64,000 nt of DNA. It comes from an uncultured Gammaproteobacteria bacterium. GTDB lineage: Bacteria > Pseudomonadota > Gammaproteobacteria > Pseudomonadales > Pseudohongiellaceae. The stretch lies in the NCBI GenBank assembly GCA_903862645.1, contig CAIOZF010000022.1, positions 4,352 through 68,351 of the forward strand, written 5' to 3'. Below the pieces are notes generated by a model. That model was not told the DNA's origin. It did no database searches and was given only the letters and a program-made list of their open reading frames with translations. Shown here one piece after another: positions 18,590-28,785 of this stretch (positions are counted from its first letter, which is position 1; every line of letters starts with the position of its first letter). Both the position numbers and the translations under genes were made by a program.

Positions 18590-19653
18590 GCCACAGCACT
18601 CATCTTGAAGGTTGCACTGTCGCCGCCCGCGCCGGCGTTGCCACTCACGCGGGCATTCTCCTTGAGATCACGCCACTCGAAGCAGCTGACCTCATGACCA
18701 TCGTTCACCGTCTCGATCGACGGCACGGCGCGGGTACAGGAATCCTTGCGATAACTACAGCGGTTCTCGAAACGACAACCGGCGGGCAGATCCAGCAGCC
18801 CGGGCACCATGCCGGGAATGATGCTCAGCCGCGACTTGGGCGTGCTGTCCAGACGCGGAATCGATTCCAGCAGGCCGCGCGTGTAGGGATGGGTTGGATG
18901 ATCGAAGACATCGTAAACACTGCCCTTCTCCGCGACCTTGCCCGCGTACATCACCACCACAGAAGAACAGGTCTCGGCGATCACGCCGAGATCATGGGTA
19001 ATCAGCATCACCGCCATACCCATGTCGTTCTGCAATTCTTTGATCAGTTCGAGTATCTGCGCCTGAATGGTCACGTCGAGCGCGGTGGTAGGCTCGTCGG
19101 CAATCAGCAAGCTCGGCTGACACGCCAGCGCCATCGCGATCACTACGCGCTGGCGCATGCCACCGGACAACTGATGCGGGTATTCGCCCATGCGGATGTC
19201 TGGTGCCGGGATGCCCACCTTGTCGAGCATGGCGACCGCTTCGCGGAGGGCTTGTTGCTTGGAGATGGGCTTGTGCAGCAGCAGGACTTCAGTGAGTTGA
19301 CGACCGATGGTATGCACCGGGTTGAGTGCGGTCATCGGCTCTTGGAATACCATGCCGATGCGGGCGCCGCGAATCTTCTGCATTTCGGTCAACGGCAAGG
19401 AGACGAGATCACGCCCCTGAAACATGATCGAGCCGCCGGCGATCTGCCCCATAGGCTGGGGCAGCAGACGCATGATGGATTGCGCGGTCACGCTTTTGCC
19501 GCAACCCGATTCGCCCACCACTCCGAGGGTCTCCCCGGCAGCAATGGTAAAACTGACATCATCGACCGCGCGCACGCGACCTTCATCAGTTTCAAATTCG
19601 GTGATCAGGTGGCTGACCGTCAGCAACGGCTCCGACATCAATGGCTTCGACAT
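18586..19653 (-). CDS. Peptide-type ABC transporter ATP-binding protein (OppD/DppD-like), operon 1
   Basis: [17 protein letters not shown] and ..[10 protein letters not shown].. It has a 4-nt overlap with the downstream ATPase gene. Confidence 0.9.
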   Translation of the reverse strand: MSKPLMSEPLLTVSHLITEFETDEGRVRAVDDVSFTIAAGETLGVVGESGCGKSVTAQSIMRLLPQPMGQIAGGSIMFQGRDLVSLPLTEMQKIRGARIGMVFQEPMTALNPVHTIGRQLTEVLLLHKPISKQQALREAVAMLDKVGIPAPDIRMGEYPHQLSGGMRQRVVIAMALACQPSLLIADEPTTALDVTIQAQILELIKELQNDMGMAVMLITHDLGVIAETCSSVVVMYAGKVAEKGSVYDVFDHPTHPYTRGLLESIPRLDSTPKSRLSIIPGMVPGLLDLPAGCRFENRCSYRKDSCTRAVPSIETVNDGHEVSCFEWRDLKENARVSGNAGAGGDSATFKMSAVA

Positions 19654-19658
19654 CCGGC

Positions 19659-21659
19659 CTACAACCCTACCGCAAACTGATCATAAATCTTGATCTGTGG
19701 CTCGAACGTCTGACCTGAACGGCGCGCCGCCAGAGTCTCTTCCTTCGCAACCGGATCGAACCAGTGCACAAACAACTCACCTGCAGAATCCGAGTGCTTA
19801 TGGTTGAAATTCTCGGGGAACTTCACCCAGCGCCAATGACCTATCCGGTAAAACGACTGCACAAATCCCGGGACGAAAGACGCATGATCGTGATGCATCT
19901 GGATCATCTGATGCGCCAGTTGCACCATGTCATCCTTGTCGGAAGAGGCCGTGTACTGATCAACCAACTGATCGAACTCGTAGTCTGCAAAGCTCTCCAG
20001 ATTGTTGGTCTGTACCTCGATCTGGCGCGCGGGATTCACACTGCCATCTTCCAGAAAGGCATCGTCATAGGCATTGTCTGAGTGGTAGGACTCCCAGAAA
20101 CGCGGATACATTTCCAAGAACACGCCGAACGCCGTGAATTGAATCTCGTGCTGCTTTTCCTGCACCTTCTTGAAGGCCGCCGTGCCATCCAGCACTTCGA
20201 TGCGGAAGTCGAGACCCGCCTTGGCGGCTTCTTCTTTGAGGATCGTCAACACCGGAGCCAGTGATTCATAACCGCTGGTGACGGTAAAGGAAAGACGCTG
20301 GCCTTCGGCATTGGTGAGAATGCCGTCGGGACCACGCTGCGTGAAGCCAGCAGCGGCGAAATGCTCTTGCGCCTTATCGATGTCGAAGGGCCTGGCAAGC
20401 ACGGCGGAGTTGGAGAACTCACCAAAGCCATCGAACGCAGTGTTCATGCGCTGATACTCGCCACGGAAATATTTCTCGATCACCAGATCCCAGTTGGTCG
20501 CGTAGTTGATCCCCAGACGGACATCCAGATTATTCAGCAACGGGCGATCTGTGTTGATCCACAACCCATAATTGGGACGTGGCCGTTGATTGTAGAAAAC
20601 CGATTTCTGGATGTAGCCATTCTGGACATCGGGGTCGCTGTCAGGCAGCTTCTCGTACCAGTACTCGGCCAAATTCAAGCCGAACATGTCGAGATCGCCC
20701 ACCTTGAAAGCTTCAAACATCTTGGCAGTATCGCGAATCACGGAGATGTAGACCTGATCAGCATTGTAACGGTTGTGCCAGAATTTCTTGTCGTCGGCCC
20801 ACCAGTTCTCAACGCGGGTCAGGGTGACGGAACGGCCTTTGACGATGTCTTCGTCCTTGATGTAGTAGGCACCGGTGGTCGGCACGAATTTCCACTGATA
20901 ACGGTCCACGAAATCAGGCCCGAACTCTGCATAGAAATGTTCCGGCACCGGCGTGTGCTCCAGGGCCTGCGTCAGCATGTCCGGCTTCGCTTCCGACATG
21001 GTCATGGAAATGGTGTAGTCATCGTACTTGCTGATGTTCGTGTATTGCGTGCCATACCAGTTGTTGTACCAAGGCGCGACGATGTGCTCAGAGCGATTGA
21101 AGAAGAACAGGAAGAAATAATCGTCCGCAGTCACCGGTTCGCCATCGGACCAGCGCGCATCCGGATCAAGCTTGATATAGACAGTCTTCGCGGCCTGAGA
21201 GATGGCCCATGAGGTAGCCAGCCCAGGGTAATAATCGAATTCATCAGGGTGACGGTGGGCGAGCATCACGGCCACGTTATCGAGAATCCAGTTACGGAAA
21301 GAGCCGTTGGAGTCCGGGCCGACGTGGCGCAGCGTGCGCGGGTAATCCTGCATGGCCTCGTACTGGATACCGCCTTTTTTCGCCTCGGGCGAGCCAATGT
21401 CCGGAAGTTCAGCGCCGTCTTCCCAGACCAGATCGGTGGGAACATCAGCCGCAGTCTTGAAAGAGAAGAAGTCAGGGTTGGCTGCATAGTAAGCCTGTGC
21501 CTGCTCGGAACCACTGGGGCCGGTGGTGGGCGCCGTCGCGGTAGCAGCCGGTTCGGACTCGCCTCCGCATGCGGTCAACAATGCAGACAGCGCCAGCACT
21601 ATCAGCTTGAAGCCAGAAAATTTAGTCATATGGATGCTCTCCAGATTCAGATCAGTCAT
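19659..21659 (-). CDS. Family-5 extracellular solute-binding lipoprotein (YejA-like), operon 1
   Basis: Lipobox [10 protein letters not shown], about 660 aa, large peptide/opine-type SBP. The start could instead be the internal ATG at 21629. Confidence 0.85.
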   Translation of the reverse strand: MTDLNLESIHMTKFSGFKLIVLALSALLTACGGESEPAATATAPTTGPSGSEQAQAYYAANPDFFSFKTAADVPTDLVWEDGAELPDIGSPEAKKGGIQYEAMQDYPRTLRHVGPDSNGSFRNWILDNVAVMLAHRHPDEFDYYPGLATSWAISQAAKTVYIKLDPDARWSDGEPVTADDYFFLFFFNRSEHIVAPWYNNWYGTQYTNISKYDDYTISMTMSEAKPDMLTQALEHTPVPEHFYAEFGPDFVDRYQWKFVPTTGAYYIKDEDIVKGRSVTLTRVENWWADDKKFWHNRYNADQVYISVIRDTAKMFEAFKVGDLDMFGLNLAEYWYEKLPDSDPDVQNGYIQKSVFYNQRPRPNYGLWINTDRPLLNNLDVRLGINYATNWDLVIEKYFRGEYQRMNTAFDGFGEFSNSAVLARPFDIDKAQEHFAAAGFTQRGPDGILTNAEGQRLSFTVTSGYESLAPVLTILKEEAAKAGLDFRIEVLDGTAAFKKVQEKQHEIQFTAFGVFLEMYPRFWESYHSDNAYDDAFLEDGSVNPARQIEVQTNNLESFADYEFDQLVDQYTASSDKDDMVQLAHQMIQMHHDHASFVPGFVQSFYRIGHWRWVKFPENFNHKHSDSAGELFVHWFDPVAKEETLAARRSGQTFEPQIKIYDQFAVGL

Positions 21660-22726
21660 TTGTATACGGTAAATTTTTTCGGGTCAAAGGATTCTCTAAC
21701 GGCTTCGCCGATGAAAGTCACCAGCGTCAGTATCACCACCAGCGTGCCGAAGGCCGACATGACGATCCATGGGGCGGTACGCAAATTCTCGGTGCCCTGT
21801 TTCAGCAACTCGCCCAGACTCGGCGTGGGCGGTGGCAGTCCAAAACCCAGGAAGTCCAACGCCGTGACTGCCGTAATCGCCGACACGATGGTAAAAGGCA
21901 TGAACGTCACCATGGTCGCCAGGGTGTTGGGCAGCACGTGGTGGAAAATGATTCGGGCATCTGAGGCCCCGATGATACGGGCTGCGGATACATAATCCCG
22001 CGCCTTCTGTTTATAGGTTTCTGTGCGCATGTAATAGGTCATCGACGTCCACGAGAACAACACCATCACTGCCAGCAGAATCGCGATACGTGTCGAGATA
22101 GCAAACGTGGCTGGAATCACCGAGAAGATAATGATGACCATGTAGAGGAAGGGAATATTGCTCCATATTTCAATAACGCGCTGAAACAGCAGGTCGAACC
22201 AGCCACCCACATAGCCCATGGCCGAACCAACACTGATGCCGATGGCATACACCGCCGCAAGGAAACCCAGCGAGAAGAACAGCGCGATCCGCGTGCCGTA
22301 AAAGAGCCGGGCCAGAATGTCGCGACTGGTAGTATCCGTGCCCAGATAGTGTTTCTGTTCGAGTGAGGGTGGGTCTGCTTTGAAGATGCCGGTGACCGTA
22401 TGATTCTCATTGGGACTGTAAGGCACCGGCGGCAGCAGCACCCAGTTGTCACTGCCTTCCTGCTCGAATCGAGCCTGCAGATCGCGGTAGTTGGCCTCGT
22501 ATGAGTAGGTGAAGCCGAAATCGGTGCCGGGATGGAAATCTGTGTAGGTAGGAAAGTACAACTCTCCTTCGTAACTCACCACCAGCGCCCGGTTATTGAT
22601 GAGCAGTTCGCCCAACAGACTCACCACGATAATCGCCATCAGTATTACAAAACTGTAGTAGCCGCGTTTAATCTCGCGGAAGCGACGCAGCTTCTTCAGG
22701 GTCTGTGGATTAAGTCTCAGGCGCAT
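21656..22726 (-). CDS. ABC transporter permease (YejE/OppC-like), operon 1
   Basis: N-terminal ..LRRFREIKRGYYSF.., ..HYLGTDTTSRDILARL.. and six TM helices. Confidence 0.85.
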   Translation of the reverse strand: MRLRLNPQTLKKLRRFREIKRGYYSFVILMAIIVVSLLGELLINNRALVVSYEGELYFPTYTDFHPGTDFGFTYSYEANYRDLQARFEQEGSDNWVLLPPVPYSPNENHTVTGIFKADPPSLEQKHYLGTDTTSRDILARLFYGTRIALFFSLGFLAAVYAIGISVGSAMGYVGGWFDLLFQRVIEIWSNIPFLYMVIIIFSVIPATFAISTRIAILLAVMVLFSWTSMTYYMRTETYKQKARDYVSAARIIGASDARIIFHHVLPNTLATMVTFMPFTIVSAITAVTALDFLGFGLPPPTPSLGELLKQGTENLRTAPWIVMSAFGTLVVILTLVTFIGEAVRESFDPKKFTVYK

Positions 22727-22747
22727 ATCAGTTACCGTCGCTCCTGA

Positions 22748-23773
22748 TCACTGGAACCGGATGCGCGGATCGACCAGCGCAACCAGAATGTCGGAAAGAA
22801 TATTGCCGATCAGCAACAGCAGACTCGCAAGCAGCACAACCCCCATCACCACCGGGTAATCGCGATCAAGGATCGCCGTCAGCCCCAGCAAGCCAAAACC
22901 GTCGATATCGAAAATGGTCTCAATCAGGAAAGAGCCGGACACCAGCAGTGTGATGTTTTGTCCGAAGGTGGTGGCAATCGGGATCATCGAGTTGCGCATC
23001 GCGTGACCGGTCACGGACTTGCGGAAGGAGACACCCTTGGCGACGGCGGTGCGGATGTAGTCGGCCGCGAGGTTATCCATCAGATGATTCTTCAACAGCA
23101 GCGTCACCAGCGCGAAACTCCCCACCAGATAACACAGCAGCGGCAGCACCGAGTGATAGACCAGATCGGTGAACTGTCCCCACGGCCCTTTCGAGGCAAA
23201 CTGCAGACTGTAGAACCCGCCCATCGGAAACCACTCGAGCTTTACCGAGAAATACAGCAGCAACAGCGAACCCAGCGCATAGCCAGGTATCGCGTATCCG
23301 ACAAATATAAGGATAGAGGAAATGTTGTCGACGATGGTGCGATGCTTGATGGCCTTGAGCACCCCCAGGGGGATACAAACAAGGTAGGTGATCACCAGCG
23401 TGACCAGTCCGTAGTAAAGCGACACCGGGAATCTCTGCTGGATAACATCCCAAACCGGTTCGTTGTAGCGGTACGACGACCCCAGATCACCGGTGGCCAC
23501 TTTACCGAGCCAATCGGCGTAGCTGACCAGAATGGGTTTGTCGAAACCATAGTATTCACGCAGCCGATCCAGCTGATCCTGCGAAAGTGCCATGTTCTGG
23601 CCGGAAGAACGCGACGTGCTGCCACCGGCGCCGATGCTCAGCTGCTGAGCCTCCATCATCGCTCTTTCCAGCGGTCCGCCGGGAACCAGACGGGTGATGA
23701 TGAATACAATAATGGTCACACCGATCAGAGTCGGTGGAATCAACAGTAAACGGCGGAGAAAATAATCACGCAT
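22748..23773 (-). CDS. ABC transporter permease (YejB/OppB-like), operon 1
   Basis: MRDYFLRRLLLIPPTLIGVTIIVFIITRLVPGGP.. is the typical OppB-type N-terminus, and ..DYIRTAVAKG.. is the EAA-loop motif. Confidence 0.85.
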   Translation of the reverse strand: MRDYFLRRLLLIPPTLIGVTIIVFIITRLVPGGPLERAMMEAQQLSIGAGGSTSRSSGQNMALSQDQLDRLREYYGFDKPILVSYADWLGKVATGDLGSSYRYNEPVWDVIQQRFPVSLYYGLVTLVITYLVCIPLGVLKAIKHRTIVDNISSILIFVGYAIPGYALGSLLLLYFSVKLEWFPMGGFYSLQFASKGPWGQFTDLVYHSVLPLLCYLVGSFALVTLLLKNHLMDNLAADYIRTAVAKGVSFRKSVTGHAMRNSMIPIATTFGQNITLLVSGSFLIETIFDIDGFGLLGLTAILDRDYPVVMGVVLLASLLLLIGNILSDILVALVDPRIRFQ

Positions 23774-24004
23774 TCGATTCTTCTAGGTGTTCTTTTTGAA
23801 GTTCTTACAGGTCTTTCGAGGCAGCGGTGAGCATACCCGGTTTTTTCAAGAGAGCGAAGACTAATCCTTTTTCTTCCCTGCAGCCTGTCATTACGCTGTC
23901 ACACCCTTTGTGCACAATGGCACCATGTCAGTCAGACAGCGGCTTGAATATTTCCCTTGGGCCGGGTCAGATGCGATGTAGGGTTCCAACACTCTGAACT
24001 TTTT

Positions 24005-24034
24005 ACGGCAGTCCTCGTGACTGCCGTTTTTTTT
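24005..24034 (+). terminator. Rho-independent terminator oriented on the + strand (no annotated + gene upstream)
   Basis: ACGGCAGTC-CTCGT-GACTGCCGT followed by a T7 run. On the minus strand the hairpin is followed by TAAAAAG, so it is unidirectional. Confidence 0.7.
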
Positions 24035-24046
24035 GCTGCTGCTTTT

Positions 24047-24084
24047 TGTGGGAGCGGGCCTTGCCCTTTGGGTGCGCTCCCACA
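24047..24084. repeat. Type-1 REP hairpin TGTGGGAGCGGGCCTTGCCCTTTGGGTGCGCTCCCACA
   Basis: Read directly. It ends 2 nt from the stop codon of the operon-2 ATPase gene. Confidence 0.75.
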
Positions 24085-24086
24085 AG

Positions 24087-25055
24087 TTAGAAGAGATGGC
24101 ACGCGACCAGACGTCTGTCGGGCATCGGCTGCAACTGCGGGGTCTTCTGGCGGCACACGTCCATGGCCTGCGGGCAGCGGCTGGCGAAGCGGCAGCCTTC
24201 GGGGACATTCACCGGCGACGGGATTTCGCCGGCGATGGCCGTGGAGGGGCGCGCGCGTTCGCTTTCCGGGTCAGGCTCGGGGTTAGAGGCGATGAGCACC
24301 CGAGTGTAGGGATGCAGCGGATTGAAGTAAACCTCGTTGACCGGGCCGATTTCCACAAGCGAACCAAGGTACATCACTGCCATCCGATCACTGACGTAGC
24401 GCACCATAGACAGGTCGTGGGCGATGAACAGCATCGTCAGGCCCATGCTCTGCTTGAGCTCATTGAGCAGGTTTACCACCTGCGCCTGCACGGAGACATC
24501 CAGTGCAGAAATTGGTTCGTCGCACACCACGAACTCCGGCTCCAGAATCAGTGCCCGGGCAATGCCGATGCGCTGACGCTGCCCACCAGAGAATTCATGG
24601 GGATAGCGAGACAGATGATCGGCGTGCAGCCCTACACGCTCCAGCCACTCGGCGGCCTTGACGCGTGCTGCACTGACAGTGGCCAAACGATGCAGCAGCA
24701 GCCCTTCTGCGACGATCTCGCCGATGGTCATGCGTGGATTCAGCGACGAGTACGGGTCTTGAAAAATCATCTGCATCTTGCGGGAGAAGCGCTGGAAGTC
24801 TTTGGCAGCGTAATGCGCGGGGAGCTGCTCGCCGCGATACGTGACTGAGCCCGACGTCTTGTCATGCAGGCCGAGCAGTGTCTTGCCAAGCGTCGATTTG
24901 CCAGAGCCGCTCTCACCGACCAGCCCGACGATCTCGCGCTCGGCAATTGCGAAACTCACCTTGTCCACGGCATGCACGCGCTTGCCGTGGCCGAGGTCAA
25001 AGTAGCGCGTCAGCGCATCGATACGAATCAGCTCAGTGACAATCTGTTCAGTCAT
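24087..25055 (-). CDS. Peptide ABC transporter ATP-binding protein (OppF-like), operon 2
   Basis: Start moved to ATG 25055 (MTEQIVTEL), overlapping the upstream stop. [17 protein letters not shown] and ..PEGCRFASRCP.. Confidence 0.9.
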   Translation of the reverse strand: MTEQIVTELIRIDALTRYFDLGHGKRVHAVDKVSFAIAEREIVGLVGESGSGKSTLGKTLLGLHDKTSGSVTYRGEQLPAHYAAKDFQRFSRKMQMIFQDPYSSLNPRMTIGEIVAEGLLLHRLATVSAARVKAAEWLERVGLHADHLSRYPHEFSGGQRQRIGIARALILEPEFVVCDEPISALDVSVQAQVVNLLNELKQSMGLTMLFIAHDLSMVRYVSDRMAVMYLGSLVEIGPVNEVYFNPLHPYTRVLIASNPEPDPESERARPSTAIAGEIPSPVNVPEGCRFASRCPQAMDVCRQKTPQLQPMPDRRLVACHLF

Positions 25056-26070
25056 GGTGACCTCCGGTATAGAGGCCGACCACAGTGCGCGGCGCCTGGG
25101 CATGCTGCAGCCAACACCGCGAATAGTGAGCATCTGCCACCGAGAAAGGCGCAGGGGGCTGCGCCGCACACACACTCATGGCATGCGGACAGCGCGGGCA
25201 GTAACCGCAACCGACGGGGGGCGCGAACAGGTCCGGAGGGCTGCCTTCGATGGGCATCAATTTCTGCACAGCATCACGGTGATTGGTCGGCATCGCTTGC
25301 TTGAGCCCGAGGGTATAGGGATGCGCGGAGCGATAAAACACGTCGTCGACACTGCCTGCCTCGACGATCCTGCCCGCGTACATCACTGCCACATCGTCGG
25401 CCATGCGTGCCACGACGCCCAGATCATGCGTGATAAGAATGATCGCCATGCCGGTCTCTCGCTGCAGATCCTTGAGCAAGTCGAGGATCTGCGCCTGTAT
25501 GGTCACGTCCAGCGCGGTAGTGGGTTCGTCGGCAATCAGAATTGTCGGCTTGCAGGAGATCGCCATGGCGATCATCGCCCGCTGCAGCATCCCGCCGGAA
25601 AACTCGAACGGATACTGCGCGGCCCGGCGCGCCGCTTCCGGAATACGCACCAGTTCCAGCAGCTCAATGGCCCGCGCCAGTGCCTGCCGATGACTGTAGC
25701 CACGATGCACCTGCAGCGGTTCGGCAATCTGATCACCGATGGTCATGGTCGGGTTCAGTGAGGACATCGGGTCCTGGAAGATCATGCCGATTTCGGCGCC
25801 GCGTACCTCCCTGCCCTGCACCGTCTTGCGACCCAGAATTTCGATGCCACGCAGCGTGGCCGAGCCACCCATGATGCGCCCCGGTGGCATCGGAATCAGG
25901 CCCATCAACGCCTGCACTGTCACCGATTTGCCACAGCCGGACTCGCCGACGATAGCCAGCGTGCGCCCCGCTTCTACCGTGAAATCGACGCCGCGCACCG
26001 CCTTGACAGTGCCGCCATAAGTGTCGAACTCTACCTGCAGATTACTGACTTCAAGGAGTGGAGGATTCAT
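25048..26070 (-). CDS. Peptide ABC transporter ATP-binding protein (OppD-like), operon 2
   Basis: [17 protein letters not shown] and ..PVGCGYCPRCP.. Confidence 0.9.
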   Translation of the reverse strand: MNPPLLEVSNLQVEFDTYGGTVKAVRGVDFTVEAGRTLAIVGESGCGKSVTVQALMGLIPMPPGRIMGGSATLRGIEILGRKTVQGREVRGAEIGMIFQDPMSSLNPTMTIGDQIAEPLQVHRGYSHRQALARAIELLELVRIPEAARRAAQYPFEFSGGMLQRAMIAMAISCKPTILIADEPTTALDVTIQAQILDLLKDLQRETGMAIILITHDLGVVARMADDVAVMYAGRIVEAGSVDDVFYRSAHPYTLGLKQAMPTNHRDAVQKLMPIEGSPPDLFAPPVGCGYCPRCPHAMSVCAAQPPAPFSVADAHYSRCWLQHAQAPRTVVGLYTGGHHD

Positions 26071-26080
26071 TCAGCTGACC

Positions 26081-27475
26081 TCATTCAAAGCTCCTCATAC
26101 GTGCATCCAGCGCATCGCGCAGACCGTCCCCCAGCAGGTTGAATGCCAACACCGTGATGCTGATGAGCAGCGCTGGAAAGATCAGTTCGTGCGGGTGCGT
26201 GAGCATGGTCGCCAGCCCCTCGTTGCTCATGCTGCCCCAGGACGCCGTGGGCGGCGCCACGCCCATGCCGATGAACGACAGGAAGGCCTCGGTGAAAATG
26301 GCACTTGGCACCGCGAAGGTCAGCGTCACCAGAATCACACCCATGGTATTGGGGATCATGTGGCGCCAGACCAGATAGCTGCTCCTGGCGCCGAGCAGAC
26401 GCGAGGCGCTGATATACGCCTCCTGCCGAATCTGCAGAATCTGCCCGCGCACCAGCCGCGCCGTCGACGGCCAGGACAGCACGACCAATGCCACCAGCAT
26501 CGGCACGATGCCACTCTCCCCCGGCCCGATGCCGAACACCACTTGAAAGAGAATCATGAACAACAGGAAGGGCAGCGCCACCACGAAGTCGGCAAAGCGC
26601 ATCATCAGTTGATCGACGCGCCCGCCGAGGAAGCCTGCAGTCGCGCCATAGGCCACGCCCAGCAGCACGAAAAGAAATGGCGCCACGATGCCGATGAACA
26701 GCGAAACCCGCGCTCCGGCCATCAGCCGTGACAGCATATCGCGGCCGAGATAATCAGTGCCCAGTGGATGCAGCGCGAGAAATACTTCATTACCGACAGC
26801 CAGCTCCGCAGCAGCGGACACCAGCGCGCGCGTGCGCACCTCGTCGACGGTGATCACACGATGCACCGGCACTTCCAGCGTCTGGTACTCAGTGGTCAGC
26901 GCACCCTGTGCATCCAGTGTCACCAGAGAATAGAAATAAGTATCGGGGCGCAGATCGAGACGGTCCTCGTAAAACCCCGCCAGCGAATTCGGGAATTCGG
27001 CAATCGGCAGGCCGAAGGCCAGCCCCCCATCCACCGGGAAAATATTGCGATAGAGCCGGAAGCCATCGGCATCCGGCGCAGCTTCCCAGAGCAACCGCAC
27101 TGCTTGAGAATTAGCTTGCGCACCGAGCCGCAGCCCCGTGCCGTTGTCAAATCCTGATAGTGCCTCTCCGCCCCAGAACTCATAAGGTGCCACGATGCTC
27201 GCGCTGCGTTCGGCACCCGGCGCCTGACTGATCTGATCGATATCCTGGCGCGCTGGGTCGATCTGCCACAGCAATGGCCCAAGCAACGCAAACGCCAGCA
27301 GCCCGACGATCAACCACAGCGAGACAATGGCGCGTCGATTCTTTTTCAGACGCGCCCACGCATCCTGCCAATAGGATTGCGACGGCCGACTGAGGCCGTG
27401 CACGTCCGCACCCTGGGTGATGAGAGCAAAATCCGCCGGTGTCAAAACCTGAGAATTGGAAAAGGGCGCTGTCAT
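26081..27475 (-). CDS. ABC transporter permease (OppC-like) carrying a periplasmic insertion of about 170 aa
   Basis: The conserved ..HPLGTDYLGRDMLSRL.. motif and the TM core occupy only the C-terminal part. See the finding on the FN3-like insert. Confidence 0.85.
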   Translation of the reverse strand: MTAPFSNSQVLTPADFALITQGADVHGLSRPSQSYWQDAWARLKKNRRAIVSLWLIVGLLAFALLGPLLWQIDPARQDIDQISQAPGAERSASIVAPYEFWGGEALSGFDNGTGLRLGAQANSQAVRLLWEAAPDADGFRLYRNIFPVDGGLAFGLPIAEFPNSLAGFYEDRLDLRPDTYFYSLVTLDAQGALTTEYQTLEVPVHRVITVDEVRTRALVSAAAELAVGNEVFLALHPLGTDYLGRDMLSRLMAGARVSLFIGIVAPFLFVLLGVAYGATAGFLGGRVDQLMMRFADFVVALPFLLFMILFQVVFGIGPGESGIVPMLVALVVLSWPSTARLVRGQILQIRQEAYISASRLLGARSSYLVWRHMIPNTMGVILVTLTFAVPSAIFTEAFLSFIGMGVAPPTASWGSMSNEGLATMLTHPHELIFPALLISITVLAFNLLGDGLRDALDARMRSFE

Positions 27476-28404
27476 TGCAACCTCACTCTCGGATCAATCC
27501 AGCCGTAGAGCAGGTCCACGACAATCACCATGAACACCAGAAACGCCCCGTAGAAAACCGTGGTTCCCATGATCACCGTGTAGTCGAGCTGCTGCACTGC
27601 CTGCACGAAGTAACGTCCGAGGCCTGGGATCGCGAACACCAACTCCACCACAAAGCCACCGGTGGTAATCGCGGCAATTGCAGGGCCGAGCACCGTGATA
27701 ACGGGCAGGATGGCATTGCGCAGCTGGTGGCGGGAGAAAATTCTGGCGGCTGGCAGACCCTTGGCCTTGGCGGTGCGCACATAGTCGGAGTGAATGATCT
27801 CCAGCATCGACGAGCGCATCAGCCGGGTGAGATAAGCCATCGTGCCCATACCCAATACGAGTGCTGGCAGCAGCATGTGACTGACAGTGCCCCAGCCGGC
27901 CACCGGCAGCAATGAAATTCCGAACAGGGCGTTCAAATTCACGAGAGTCAATTGCCCGAGCGCAGCGAACACAAAACTCGGCACCGAGATGCCGAGGATC
28001 ACCATGAACATTATGATGGTGTCAGGCAGCCGGTTGCGATACAGAGCGGTGAGCGCGCCCCACAGCACGCCACCGAGCGCGGCGAAGATCACGGCCAGAA
28101 CACCGAGGGTTGCCGAGACCGGGAAGTGTTCGCGGATGATGTCATTGACCTGACGGTTCTGCTGGGTGAAGGAGATGCCGAAGTCGCCTTTAACGAAGTT
28201 GCCGAGATAAATGAAATACTGTTCGGCGAGGGGTTTGTCGAGGCCGTAACGGGCGGCAAGGTTGGCACGAATGGCTTCACTGGTGCCGCGTTCTGCTGAA
28301 AGCGGATCACCCGGCACGTTGTGCATAGCAAGGAACGTCGCGGTGGCAATAAACCAGACCGTGGTGATTCCCTGTATCAACCGCTTGAGTGTGTACTGCC
28401 ACAT
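27472..28404 (-). CDS. ABC transporter permease (OppB-like), operon 2
   Basis: Start moved to ATG 28404 (MWQYTLKRLIQGITTVWFIATATFLAMH..). The upstream part of the track ORF is a translation of a repeat element. ..DYVRTAKAKG.. motif. Confidence 0.85.
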   Translation of the reverse strand: MWQYTLKRLIQGITTVWFIATATFLAMHNVPGDPLSAERGTSEAIRANLAARYGLDKPLAEQYFIYLGNFVKGDFGISFTQQNRQVNDIIREHFPVSATLGVLAVIFAALGGVLWGALTALYRNRLPDTIIMFMVILGISVPSFVFAALGQLTLVNLNALFGISLLPVAGWGTVSHMLLPALVLGMGTMAYLTRLMRSSMLEIIHSDYVRTAKAKGLPAARIFSRHQLRNAILPVITVLGPAIAAITTGGFVVELVFAIPGLGRYFVQAVQQLDYTVIMGTTVFYGAFLVFMVIVVDLLYGWIDPRVRLQ

Positions 28405-28447
28405 CGTATTGTTCCTAAGAATTTCTCTGAACACAGCTTCGATCACG

Positions 28448-28555
28448 GAGATCTGAGCCGGGGGCACGGCCGGTGACACGCCGTGAACCCATGGGGGCTC
28501 GGGCGCCGCATCCCTGCGGCGCACGGTCACCATCCGTGCCCCCGGCTCAAATCTC
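28448..28555. repeat. Structured repeat 'element B' (108 bp; 22-bp terminal inverted arms, conserved core shared with 61777..61895)
   Basis: Arms are GAGATCTGAGCCGGGGGCACGG and CCGTGCCCCCGGCTCAAATCTC (one mismatch). The core is GACACGCCGTGAACCCATGGGGGCTCGGGCGCCGCATCCCTGCGGCGCACGGTCAC. Confidence 0.7.
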
Positions 28556-28616
28556 CTGCCTTGGTGCTGTCTTACACCTTGCTCTCAACCTTCCTGCAGC
28601 CGGCTCCATGCGCAGC

Positions 28617-28768
28617 GTCAGCAGCGGCAGAGGGCCTTACCCGATTCAGCGGCATCAAAGACCAGCGCCGCACGCAGCAAAAAGACCTTGTGCTTTTTGC
28701 GGAGTAAGGGCACCCCGGAGGGGCGCGGTCAGCCGCAGAATCGGGTAAGGCCCTCTGACGCTGCTGAC
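28617..28768. repeat. Structured repeat 'element C' (152-bp rod-like hairpin; 31-bp arms, one mismatch)
   Basis: The arms are GTCAGCAGCGGCAGAGGGCCTTACCCGATTC and GAATCGGGTAAGGCCCTCTGACGCTGCTGAC. The interior contains the further hairpin GCAAAAAG-ACCTTGTG-CTTTTTGC. Confidence 0.7.
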
Positions 28769-28785
28769 ACTTGCAGCATTCAATC

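Noticed and set aside
28473-28748. ORFs in the track that lie in repeat-filled spacers (28473..28748 +, 28483..28707 +, 28572..28991 -, 61688..61888 -, 30353..30721 -, 23891..24208 -)
   Set aside because: They are translations of REPs and hairpin elements, whose palindromic DNA gives open frames on both strands. There is no RBS and no coding-like composition.
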